Assembly: GCA_013239625.1 (NCBI GenBank)
Contig: MU053934.1
Location: forward strand, 4,172,399-4,236,398
DNA from: Lama guanicoe
Taxonomy: Eukaryota
Length of the DNA stretch: 64,000 bases
Reading direction: 5' to 3'
In this document: positions 1-11,300 of the stretch, one piece after another
Layout: each line of letters begins with the position of its first letter
Position numbering within the stretch: the first letter of the stretch is position 1
Notes under the pieces: model-generated
What the model was told of the DNA's origin: nothing
Seen by the model: only the letters and a program-made list of their open reading frames with translations
Databases searched by the model: none
Made by a program: the position numbers and the translations under genes

Positions 1-369
1 GATCTTAGTCCATCTAAGAAAGAAATGGAAAATTTTATTTGAGCCAAGTTGAGTATTATAATCTGGGAAAAGACTCTCAGAAATGTTCCACGTGTTAGAG
101 GTCAAAGCACAGTTATTTTTTGAAGCTGTGGGCTGTATGTTGAATGATGTATTGCTGACAGTTTACACAATCCAGATCTATTTGTGCAAACAAATAGTGG
201 GTCATGGGTCACTGTGGCCTTTTACAAGATTAAGAAGGAAGGTTATCTCCTAAGGAGGTCTGGTTAATGCAGATGCATAATACATGCTAATGGGCAAAGA
301 ACAAATTTATGCTTATTTTATGTTTAAATTTTTCTTGTCTTTCCGTAAAATATGAATTTTATTTCATCA
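1..369 (-). mobile_element. Probable ERV LTR, truncated by the window edge
   Basis: Ends in ...CA at 369 (TG start on minus strand), AATAAA(-) at 34-39, and resembles ERV1-type LTRs. Family not identified. Confidence 0.45.
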
Positions 370-521
370 GAGTCAATGCTGTCTGTACTTTCCACATGAG
401 AGTGTCTTCTCTGCTTTCAAGAGTGATGGTCTTCCAGCATTTCTTAAAAGAGCCTATAAAAGAATCAAAAGTCATTGGCACTGGGCTCTTAAGCTGCCCT
501 TGCATGTATGTAGAGCTAGCC

Positions 522-1090
522 TGTTACTGAACTCAGATTCAGCTGCTCTCCAAAGCCAGTACTTGAGAGACAAGTGTTGGTTGAAAAGGAAAGATTGCTT
601 TACTCAGGAGGCCAGCAACCTGGGGAGAAAGCAGATTAGTGTCCAAAAACCAACTCTGAAGATTCTGCTCAACCATGAAAGTTTTTAAAGGGAGAATCAT
701 CTGGGGAGGAAGCCAGAGTCTGCCTTACCATCTACTGGGTGCAGACTTCCTTCTGATTGGTTGGTGGTGAGGTAACAAGGTACTGTTCCAGGAACCCTGT
801 GCCCAGTCTGAGTAGGAACCTTAGTTCCTGCAAAACTCAAAGGTATTGTTACGTATGTGTCCTGGGGAGGAATCAGGATTCTGCTTTAATTGCTGCTCTA
901 TTGGTTCTTCACTGTTCCTCCTTTGTTTCTGCATTCCCTCCTTTCCCTGATGAGGAACTGTTTGAATCTGCCCCTTGGAACTTGGGGGAAGGTCTAGGAG
1001 GTTGAAAAACCTACTTCCTACAAACGAGAAACAGAGGACACTGAAAGAACTTGTATCCGGGAGGGCCCCACAGGATCCTGCTCAGTTTCA
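522..1090 (-). mobile_element. ERV1-class solo LTR
   Basis: TG...CA termini with a perfect 4-bp target-site duplication AGCC (518-521 and 1091-1094). CCAAT and AGTAAA on the minus strand. Confidence 0.8.
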
Positions 1091-1103
1091 AGCCTACTTA
1101 AAT

Positions 1104-1125
1104 TAGAAAGAAAGAAAGGAAAGGA

Positions 1126-1175
<50 letters not shown>

Positions 1176-1212
1176 GGAGAGAGAAAGAAAGAAGAAAAAG
1201 AAAGAGAGAGAG
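1104..1212. repeat. Purine-rich simple repeat with (GA)n core
   Basis: About 20 GA units at ~1128-1169 flanked by GAAA/GGAA units. Confidence 0.95.
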
Positions 1213-1684
1213 ACATGTAAAAAGCGTAATTCATAAATGTACAGCCTGATGAATTATCCAAAATGGGCATACCCATGGAAACACCAACCACATCAAGAAA
1301 TAGAATTTGAGCAGCATCCCAGAAACTCTTGCCTTCCCAAATATTACCTCCTCCTCCTCAAAGGAAATCACTATCTTTCTCACCATAGATTGGCTTTGCC
1401 TGTTTTTAACTTTATACAGTGGAATCATACAGTAGGCACATTTTTGTGACATGAAGACTTTTTGTAGTTCAGAGCTGTCCTGTCCAAAGATGAAAAGGAC
1501 TGAGGACTCTATCAGGAGGAAGTGCTAACTCCAGCAGCTTCTCCCCCGAATATGTAAGCACAGGACAATTGAGACTGTCTAATCCCGAGAGTCTTCATTT
1601 CCACAGTTGGCTAAATATCAGATTACTTTTGTACTAAGAACTTGTGGGCATGTTATAAAAAGAAGCATTTTCATCCATTTTATA

Positions 1685-2322
1685 TGAGACAGGAAGGAAG
1701 AGGGCAGGGCACAGCCATTCAAGAAATAACAGCAATTGACACCAAGGTGGTGGCAAATTCAACTCCCAAGGAGCCTTGAGGTCCAAGATGGCAGGAAATT
1801 TGACTTCCAGTAGAACTTGAGCTTCATCCTATGCTCATTGCAATAAATTAACATGGTCAATGACAGTCCCACAGGGGCCATGACAGTTCCAAAGCTAACC
1901 ATAAAAGGTCAAAGAGTGGGTGATGTCCCAATTCCTGGGAATCCCAGCCCCTCCCCCAAAGTAGTTGAAATAATCCTCCCACGTGTTAGCATATGAAGTT
2001 ATGGAGACCATAAAAACGCGCCTTGTGGCCTCTTGGTCCCTCGTCTTCTGAGATAGTCCCCGTTCTGTCTACGGAGTGTGTATCTATTGAGCACCCAACC
2101 CCAACACCTCGTGGTCTTTCTCTTGCATTCTAAAACAATCTGTACTCTGTCTATGGAGTATGTATCTCTCTAAGTAAATCTACCTTTTCTCCACTGTGGC
2201 TCACTCTTGAATTCTTTTCTGCGTGAAGCCAAGGACCCACACTTGGCGGGGCATGTCCCAGGGACTCAACTGAGACCTGGGACACAGCCATCCTCTCACC
2301 CCACATTCATTTTCCTGTATCA
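1685..2322 (+). mobile_element. ERV1-class solo LTR
   Basis: Termini TGAGACAGGAA...TTCCTGTATCA (10/11 inverted match), flanks TATA/TCTA (degenerate 4-bp TSD), TATA-like ATAAAAA at ~2010 and AGTAAA poly(A)-like signal at ~2173. Confidence 0.75.
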
Positions 2323-2794
2323 TCTAGACAAAAAATATTTTAATTTGGATAATACTTACTGCTGGGGAAGGTGTAGGGAAAAGGACACTTCCATTTACTA
2401 TTGTGAAACTATATGATATGATTCTGAGGGCAATTAGCTAATACCTAGCAACATTTTAAATGTTCAAACTTTTTGGCCAGTAAACCCACTTCTAGAAATC
2501 CAACTTCTAGAAATCCTTGCAGCAACCCTACACTGTGCCTCAATTTCCTCATTTCTAAAATGGGAATAATAGCACCTCAGTGGGTTCATGTGAAGATTAA
2601 ATGAGTCCTCCCCACAACTCCTCTTAGCTCATCCAAACAGTGCCTGGTACTTAGTTGTTAGCTCGCCTTTGTTTTAGTACATTGGGACTGTTTACTTGAC
2701 ATTTTCCCAAAAGACCAATAAATCTCCAATCTAACTTACTCCTACCAAACACATGCCTCAGGGAAATGAAACTGGATTCGTCTTTGTCTAAGTG

Positions 2795-2905
2795 TGACCT
2801 CTGGGAGACTTGTTAAAATGCAGATTTCTAGGCTCACCCTAAGCCTGCTGAACAGAATTACCAGGAAGCACCCCTACACAGTGCTTTAACATATTTCCCA
2901 GGTGT
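2795..2905. mobile_element. MER5-like hAT DNA transposon fragment
   Basis: CTGGGAGACTTGTTAAAATGCAGATTTCTAGGCTC...TTTAACATATTTCCCAGGTG resembles the MER5A core as I recall it. Confidence 0.6.
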
Positions 2906-2929
2906 CTCACGTTCTCCAAAGCCCCAGAC

Positions 2930-3530
2930 GCCCTCGGCTGAAGGCGGCCAGAGGGTGGCGCTCTCCCCGAGCCCTTCAGCCTCCGGCTCCCGGAAGGGCA
3001 GCTCTGTCCGCCGCTCGCGCTGCACTCGCCTCTTCTCTTCCGCTTCCGGTGTCCCCCTCAGCCATGGCTGCCGCCGCCCCTGCCGCCGGCCCTGGGGTGC
3101 CCCTGTCCCCGGACGAATTGCTTCCGAAAGGCGATGCCGAGAAGCCTGAAGAGGAGCTGGAAGAGGAAGACGACGAGGAGGTACTGGCCCCCGCGGAGCG
3201 GGGAGTGAGGTTGCGGGCGGGGAGCGGGAATGTGGGCCCCGCGTGCTGAGGGATCGGGGCGAAGGCGCGTCGCGGAGCCCGGAAAGGTCCGGGCGGAGGC
3301 ATCTCCAGCAGGCGGCGTGAGGGCCTCGCTGGGACCGGGGTGCCCTAGCTCCAGGGGACCCTAGCTCCAGGGGACCGGCATGTCCCGGCGTCGAGGGGTC
3401 GTTGCCGCTGCTTCGGCCCCGACCCGCGCCTCCTCTACCCACAGCTAGATGAGACCCTGTCGGAGAGACTGTGGGGGTTGACAGAGATGTTCCCGGAGAG
3501 CGTCCGGTCCGCGGCTGGAGCTACTTTTGA
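2930..3530 (+). promoter_or_regulatory. TOMM22: TOMM22 CpG-island promoter with ETS/GABPA-type sites
   Basis: CpG-dense stretch over exons 1-2. CCGGAAG at 2990-2996 and tandem CTTCCGCTTCCGG at 3038-3050 lie just upstream of the ATG. Confidence 0.8.
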
Positions 3531-4460
3531 TCTCTCTCTCTTCGTGGCTCAAAAAATGTACAGGTAAGGGACGAGGGCAAAGACATTGGGTGCGTTCCTG
3601 GGGTGACTGAGGTGCCTTAAATGAACACGAGCTTTGGAAGCAGCAGATCTGGGTTGGAGGCCAGCCTGCCACCTAGATCACTGAGTGACCTTGGACTGGT
3701 GTTACCTTAACCTTTCTTGGACTCAATTTCCTTCACTGTAGCATGGGGATTCTTAGCGGACAGGGGTCGTTGTGAGGATATTTCAGATTATGTGAGATAA
3801 TTATAAGAAGCATTGTGAGAACTCAAATTGTTCAAACTGCTCTCACTAGATGTACAGGCACCAGAACTGCTCCTCCCGTTTTCTGGTAGGAGTAAAGTGT
3901 ATGGTGCAAGGGTTAGGTAGAATATGCTTATCAAAAACGTTGGAGTATACGGTGTGAGAGGTTTGGTTACTGGTTTGTTCTTGGTGAAGCTGTCTGCACT
4001 TGGCTTGCCGTCATGCTCATGCTCCCTCTGCAGGTTTTCCAGGGCAGCCTTGTGGATTGGAACCACTTCCTTCATGATCCTGGTTCTTCCTGTCGTCTTT
4101 GAGACTGAGAAGTTGCAGATGGAGCAGCAGCAGCAACTGCAGCAACGGCAGGTGAGCTCTGACCCTGGGCTTTTTGCCAGTAGTGGAGACACAGGTTGTT
4201 TATTCTTCCAGCACCTGGGTAGGGCGGTCAACGTGTGAGTAGGGACTGGGATCAGGCCCATGCTTTTTTAGGTATCTAACTGCCCTCAGCATTGTTTTTG
4301 TAGACCTTGTCTGCCCCAGCAAGTGTGATGAAAATGAGATTCCTAGGTCTGTACAGTGCCTTACATTCTTCTTTTTCTTTTCCAGATACTTCTAGGGCCT
4401 AACACAGGGCTGTCAGGAGGAATGCCAGGGGCTCTGCCTTCACTTCCCGGAAAGATCTAG
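3064..4460 (+). CDS. TOMM22: Mitochondrial import receptor subunit TOM22 (142 aa), 4 coding exons
   Basis: Exons 3064-3180, 3445-3563, 4034-4151, 4386-4460 (429 nt), all GT-AG. They translate as MAAAAPAAGPGVPLSPDELLPKGDAEKPEEELEEEDDEE|LDETLSERLWGLTEMFPE...AQKMYR|FSRAALWIGTTSFMILVLPVVFETEKLQMEQQQQLQQRQ|ILLGPNTGLSGGMPGALPSLPGKI*. Acidic receptor domain, single TM and Q-rich segment are recognisable as TOM22. Confidence 0.98.
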
Positions 4461-5039
4461 GTTACTGCTATAGTTGACCTGTCTTGGTGGAAGAAGTTTG
4501 AAAATTCAGTAGTGTTTGAACTGCTGATTATTGGATGATTTTTTTTTTTAACTTTGGCACACTGATCTATCTAAACCTGGTGGGGAGAACTCTCCCCACA
4601 TTCTCATGGAGAGACTCCCAACTTGCAACTGTGCCCGCCACGCTGTCCTGACTTATTTCTTCTGTACTCACTCTGATACCAGAGTGCAGCAATGCAGATG
4701 GTTACTCCAGCTCTGGCCATCCCGTTTCACTAAATTACTCCTGATTAGAAGACCTCCTCACTATTCCATTGTGGGGTAGAAGCTGATGCCATTGGGAAGG
4801 ATGTACCCCTGACTGTTCACGATGGTTTTTTCTTTTAAGAATAGAGATGCTGGGGAGGGACATGCACACTATAAAATACAAAATGCATTACAGCTGCACT
4901 GTGAAGCAGCCACTGTGAATTTCCACGTATGTTGGAACAGGAGGAAGGGCGGGCCTGTAGCAGCTTCAGCCACAGGATGGGGACTGTGGAGGACAGAGCA
5001 GGAGCTCATTTCCTCTGCATATTTTGGCTGTTAGACCTC

Positions 5040-5064
5040 TGTGTGTGTGTGTGTGTGTGTGTGT
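5040..5064 (+). repeat. (TG)12 microsatellite in the TOMM22 3'UTR
   Basis: Perfect TG run. Confidence 0.95.
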
Positions 5065-5107
5065 CTAAAAGAAAAAAAAATTCAGTGCTCACTTTTTGTA
5101 TTTAAAT

Positions 5108-5113
5108 ATTAAA
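5108..5113 (+). terminator. TOMM22: Probable TOMM22 polyadenylation signal (ATTAAA)
   Basis: ATTAAA ~650 nt after the stop, preceded by T-rich TTTTTGTA. Confidence 0.6.
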
Positions 5114-5509
5114 AATGATTCCAACCAAAAATGTCCTCCATGTGCTTAATACATATCTCAAAATTACTTAGACCATTTTAGAAGGGCAAAGAAAACTGTC
5201 CCTCACATTTCCTTTCATCGGAGCCAGCACCACCATTTAACACTGATTGACCCCCATAGGCCCAAGTTAAATTTACAAAGGTAAAAAAAAATTCATTTTG
5301 GGCCAAGAACCTAATAGTCATCTTTGCCCTGAATTCAGGCAGTCAGTCACTTTCAGCTCCACCAACAAAGGCTTGGGTCTGTGTACTTATACAATCTAAT
5401 GACACTGTACAGTTATAAAGGCTTTGTAAGGAATGACATACTATTGAGTTCTAGTTTGGGAGTGAGAAAGTTACAAATAGAACACCTAGGGTTTGTTCTT
5501 TTAAAAATA

Positions 5510-5693
5510 CAGTTGACCATTAAACACAGGGGTTGGGGGGGCTAACCCTCCGCAGAGTCAAGTCTACAACTTTATAGTTGGCTCTCTGCGATTCCAACCA
5601 ACTGCAGTTTGTGTAGCACTGGTATTTTTTTTTTTTAATGCACATGTAAGTGGACCCACTTAGTTCAAACCTGAGCCATTTGAGGGTTAACTG
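5510..5693. mobile_element. Tigger-family MITE
   Basis: Terminal inverted repeats CAGTTGACCATTAAA...TTTGAGGGTTAACTG, TA at the left junction, and internal AAGTGGACCCAC..AGTTCAAACC typical of Tigger/MER8-like elements. Confidence 0.7.
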
Positions 5694-6331
5694 GTTGCTG
5701 AAATGAGCTATTGATAGTGAATCCAACTGCAGCCCTCCTTGTCTTTGAACTTGTAGTTTTTCCATTTAACATACATTTTTATTAGCCTTGTGTTAGTAAC
5801 AGTACTAAGCCTTTTATGTGGGTTACTGGAACTACACAATTTAGAAGGTGGTAGTCTCATTTTACGGAGGAGGAAACAAAGGTTGTGATCTGTGCCAGGC
5901 CGCACAGAAAATGCCTGAATTCAAACGTACAGTCTAACTCAGGATCCTGCTATGTACTTGGTGCTGAGGCCACCCAGGCCCTCCACTGAGATAACACGAT
6001 CTTCCACTTGTTAACCAGGGAAAAACACTAGTCACTGGTCAGTAAAGAAAACCTGTACTTAAATTAGGGATAGGGTACTTTATAGTATGGATCCTAGTTT
6101 TTATACATTGAAAAGTGCCTCGGGCTTTTTTGAACCAAATCCTTGGTGAGTATTTTGTCTGGACTTCTGAAGTGAGAGGTTTGGTCAGAGCACAGTATGT
6201 CTCTAAAAGATGACTTCTAATGGTAGTGAATTCCTTCTAAAGCAGCATCATAGTAAAATTCAACTTTTAAAGAATTGTGCGTTATTAATTACAGAATTGA
6301 GACATGAAATTCATGTACAGAATTTTACATT

Positions 6332-6337
6332 TTTAAT
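6332..6337 (-). terminator. JOSD1: Candidate JOSD1 polyadenylation signal (ATTAAA on minus strand)
   Basis: TTTAAT on + at the end of a ~2 kb repeat-poor 3'UTR-like stretch, with U-rich sequence upstream on the minus strand. An alternative AATAAA(-) lies at 5778-5783. Confidence 0.5.
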
Positions 6338-8329
6338 ATTTGGTTAAACAAAATACATCTTTTGTAAACAAACCCAGCACAAGGCCAACGAAAAAAGGGG
6401 AATAAAAGCAAGAAAAACAAAAAGCCTAGGGTTGCCCCTTACTGGGCATTAGGGTCAGGCCCACCCTCTTCCTTGAAGGAAGTGGGGCTTTTTGCCCTTG
6501 GGCATCAGCATGGGTCCCTGTTCCTAAGCACCGGAATTGGATATGAACAGAGAAACCAGCCCTGAAATGTTTAAGCATCTTTGCATATTCCATTGGCTCA
6601 TGGACTCCAAGTGCATGGGGACTCCTTTGAAGTGCCATTTGCACAGGCCCTAGCAGATTGGTGGAGAGGAGTTTCCTCCTCCTCCCAGGAAATGGCTTAC
6701 ATCACTGACAATGCCAATGGACCCAAGGTCCTGCTTGTGACAATCAGCAAGGTTGGCTGTAACTTCCGGCTGGTGGCGGTTGGAATGTCATTGTGCAGGG
6801 GGAAAGAGCTCCCTGTGGTGCCAAGCAGGTCTAGTGTAGAAAATGGTGCAGAAGAGACTGCGGCCAGTTGCTGAGAGGGTGTAATGCAGTAGCCGCTTGG
6901 TGGCCTGTTACTCAGCATAAAAATGGCCTTGTTGGATTGAAGATACATGTGCAGAAAAGTGCTGGTGTAAACATGCACTCCAGTCACAGTGGGGAGAGAG
7001 CCTCAGCCTCATCCCGTTAAGCTTGCTCAGGTTTGACATGCAAGCCCCAGGCTGGCTCTGCTGCTGGAGAGAAGTCTGGCCAGTGGGGCAGCTTTCAGAC
7101 CTGCCAAGACCACTGATCTGCAAGGTTGGACAGGCCATCCCTGCCCGCCCACCTGGCTTGAGGCAACCACAACCACTTTGGTGACAGGCAGTATGGTATG
7201 ACACTTACTTCCCCTCCTCTTTTGTTTTCCAAAGTTATGGGGAGAAAAGTGGCCTACAACTATTTAAAGAGGTAGGGGGCAGGTCAATTCTCAGTTGATC
7301 TGTAAAGGAAACTACAGAGATGACAAACCCAAGTCCTAAGCATACGCACATATCCACCCAACTTGAGGGCTCTGCTTCTTGTCACTACAGTGACTCCACG
7401 TCTAGGACTTCTGCCAACTCTAGCTGCTCCCAATCTCTGAAGACTTATCTTCACAATACTTTCCTTGCTCAGCTGTCTCAAACTAGTGGAATTTGATGTC
7501 GAAGGCAGTCAGTTTTTCCCTGATTTTGCCAGAGTGGGTCAACTGGGAATATTGCCCTTTTGCCTATCTTGTCCCCCAGAGCCTCTTAAACCACTGTGGT
7601 GCAGTAGCAGGGACAATGCTGGAGTGAGCCAGTGAGGCAGTCAGGCTGCCCGTGCCTGCCCCAGCCTGGCTTTGGCCACATCCTCTTAGATACCTCCTGT
7701 CACACAACAAAACTGCAGGATTTAACCACCTGGAGTGGAATATTAGAGAACGTTTCATTATAAAATTCCAAGGATGGCCATAAACCACCCTTAAAAATGG
7801 GGTGAGGGTGGCAGGAAGGGTTGGAGACAGCATGCTGTACTTCTGCTGTGGTTCTAGAGATGGTTTCCTGAGAGGCCTTTTTGCTCTGGGTCCCTCAGGC
7901 CAGCCACACAGGCTTTGCATGTACTGTGTCTTCAGACCCACTGGCTGCCAGGAAAGGGGAAGTGGAGGCAGCATCTCCAGATGAGTCAGAGCAGCAGTAA
8001 ACTCCAGCAGAGCCTCTGTCAAGTCCTCACAGAAATGGGGAAAATAAGCTAGGACCCACCTTTCTTTCTCCTCTCTTAAACACGGCAAGGGTCTTCCATA
8101 GCTTGCCCTAAGCACGCAGAGCTCCTACTTTCCTTTCCCAGGAACGAGGATGGCTGGCTGGTTCTTATAACAAACAGTCCACACGTCTGTCCTATTGCAC
8201 TGTCAAATCTGAGGGGAAAAACCCGATGAGATGTTTGGGAAAGTGGCAAGGGCAGAGCCACGGTATAGGCCACAGCATGTCACAGAGGATTTATGGGGTG
8301 GAGGTGAGGGAAGGTTGGGCAGAACTGCC

Positions 8330-11300
8330 TTACACGTCAGCCCTCCAACTCTGATGGGCCTCCACCTCTTCTGGTACCACCAGCAGGAGTTCACAGTTCT
8401 TTCCTCGCAAATGATGTTTTAGAAATTTCCTAAGGGAGAAAAGGGTAGATGAAAGAGAAGATGAAATGCTAGTAAAAATGCAAATTCCTGTCTTGGGGTC
8501 ACATGTTCACCAGATAGTAACCTTGTCATTCATACCCACGGCAATCCTCAACACTCTCTAGTAGTGATGTCTTCTTGGAGGACTCCACATTTGGTTACCC
8601 CTCAGGCTGTCCAGTTAAATTTCCAACCTGAATTTTTGCTCATCCTCATATATTACTACCAACAGTAGCAGTTCTGTGAGGAGTAGGGCCCAACGTACCC
8701 TAAAGTAAGGTCTTCTAATTGGTTAAAAAAAAAAAGGAAGAAGGAAAAAAAAAGTTTTTTCTTTGGGTCCCAGGGAAATTTAGCCCTCTCTGGGCCCAAA
8801 TGCCTGTCTTCCTTTCTCTGAACTGACAGCTATACTGTCACAGTTGTCTAAGTTAGAGAATGTTACAACACCAGTCCTATCAGACCAGAAAGCCAGCATC
8901 CCAGGTGCTGGGACTTCTCTGCCAAAGGGATTTAACATCCTCACGGGCCATCAAAGATTTAAGGTTTTCAAGTCTGAGACCCTATGATTCTAAGTAACAG
9001 CAGGGAGAGGATCCCAGGAGCTAGGAATTTCCTTTGTCAAATAACCAAAAATAAGCTTAACTTGCCACCACAGCAGCCACACAGGTACCTGAGCTCGCTC
9101 TCGCCTCCAATCCATTCTGGCATCTTCAGTTTGGAGTCGAGGTTGTAGTAGGCCCCTCCCACCTCTCGAACACAGATCCAGTGCTGCCTTTTGAGTGGCA
9201 ACTTCAGTGGACCCCAGCACAGGCTGGAGGGCAGATTCATGATGAAGCCCATGACGTTAGTGAGAGCAATGGCGCCAACATCCCTGAAGAACAGGAATGG
9301 TGTCAGGCTCTGAGGCACCCAAGCCCCCAAGGTTCCCTGGCTGTAATGCCACAACTGGCTACCTCCCCACTTGAGTGCCAGTTCTCATCAAATCAAGTCT
9401 GGTTGGATTACCTGCGCTTATCCCACCAAACAGCTTCGTAGCCTTTGGTCTGAAGTGCTGCCATAATGACGTTCACATCGTAGTTCCCATTTCCCAGCAT
9501 GCTCTTCTTGTGGGGGGTCACCATGGTGTTTGGAGACAACCTACAAGTGTCAAAGGAGGAAAGCTGAGACTTGCTGGTCTGCCTAACCCCACCTGGCCCT
9601 GCACGACCACGGACAGGACACTTTACACTGCTGCCCCTGGAAGCCTGTTTCCTCCCATTCAAGTAAATATAACCAGTTCTTACCCAAGTATTTTGTAGTC
9701 TGGGCTCCTGCTGCCCTAGGGACTGCCTTTATTTTTATGCAAAACAATAATTCAATAGTGGTGGGATCTATCTGCCTGCCATTTAGAAAGCGTGTCTACA
9801 GTGAATTCAATGAGTACAAAGAATGTTCCACAAAGGAATCTCATTTATGAAGGCCCCAGCCTACCCATTTCTGCAGTCTTCCTCTTTGCTGATCCTCCTG
9901 CCTTGATACAGGCTTTTTTTTTTAACATTGGAAAATAATACTGATATTTTCATTTGCATACATAATATTTGTTATTACTCTTATTTATTTATTTTACAAT
10001 TTAAATGCTTTCTTTTTAAGGCTTGCATACTTAGTAATCATTAATCATCAAATACTCAAAGACCTTCAGGGGCCCAGACAGGTAACATAAATGTATGAAC
10101 TGGGACCAAATGTCAGGCAATATAAAGTAGTCAGGCCAATATTAAACTGGAACGCATGACCCACCTAAAGGTATTCCAAATATACGTGTGTGTAAAACAC
10201 CTGAATTAAAAAAAAATAAACAAATTGAAAAAAAGTTTGTGCTAGATAAACAATACTCAACTACAGTCTGACTTGCCCACCAGCTTTAAGCATTTTGGGC
10301 CAGGCCTCTTTAGCCACTCCTTCATCTCAAGACAAGGTCAGTTCTGAAGGCATTTCCAACCCTATTATTTTGCTTTCACAGGATGCTCAGGCCAGGACCT
10401 GAGGAAAGGCATCTTGAAGGAAGGGGTAGCATGTCTTTCACCTTCGTGTGAAGGGGAGGAAGGGCAATGTCACGAGTTCCTTAGGAATAAAAGCAGAGAG
10501 CAGATGTCTACCAGGTTGCTAAATGCCATCTCCAGAAGAGAATAAGATCTTTAGGTCAATTCTAAAACCTTCAGAAATCTTACAAAATTTTTTTCCAACT
10601 TCTCTATACATAGCAACCATGATGATATTTTTCCGACATAAAACACACTCTTGCCACTGCTTAATCCCTCCAACGGCTCCCAAAGCACTTAAATACAATC
10701 TAAACGACTTCCCCTGGCCTGCAAGGCCCTGAAGATCCCGCTGACCTCATCCCTACCTCTCAGCACAAAGACCTCTCTGCTACCTGGACACACAGAGCTC
10801 TTTCTCGCGGGAGGGCCTCTGCGCTCACTCACTGTTTCTGCCTGGAATGCTCTTCCCTCAGATCTTCACTCGGTTTGCTCCCCATTATTTGGGTCTCAGG
10901 TGTTATTGCCCTAGAGACCTTTTCTGATCACCCGACCTTAAGTTGCTCCCTGTCACCTCATCATTTCCTCTTACATCCACCTGCTTTAATTTAATTACGG
11001 ACAGTCTGACTACTGGGCATGTCACAGCCTCACTTGTCTGTATTTTCACACTAGAATGGCAGCAGGGGCCTTCTCTAGCCTGTTAACACTACATCACCAG
11101 CCCTCAAAGAGTGCCTGGCACATGACATGTGCTCAAGGGACATTTGTTGAAATGTTCTCCATGTTTATTTTGTTATCCTCACTCTTTTCCTCTAAGTATC
11201 AGTGAAACCAGCATCCAGAGTCAGCAAAGAAGGGGCATTAAGGACATTCTGCAACCAAACTTTGTTTAACCTGTAATAATAACTGCCACTGTGTGAAGAC

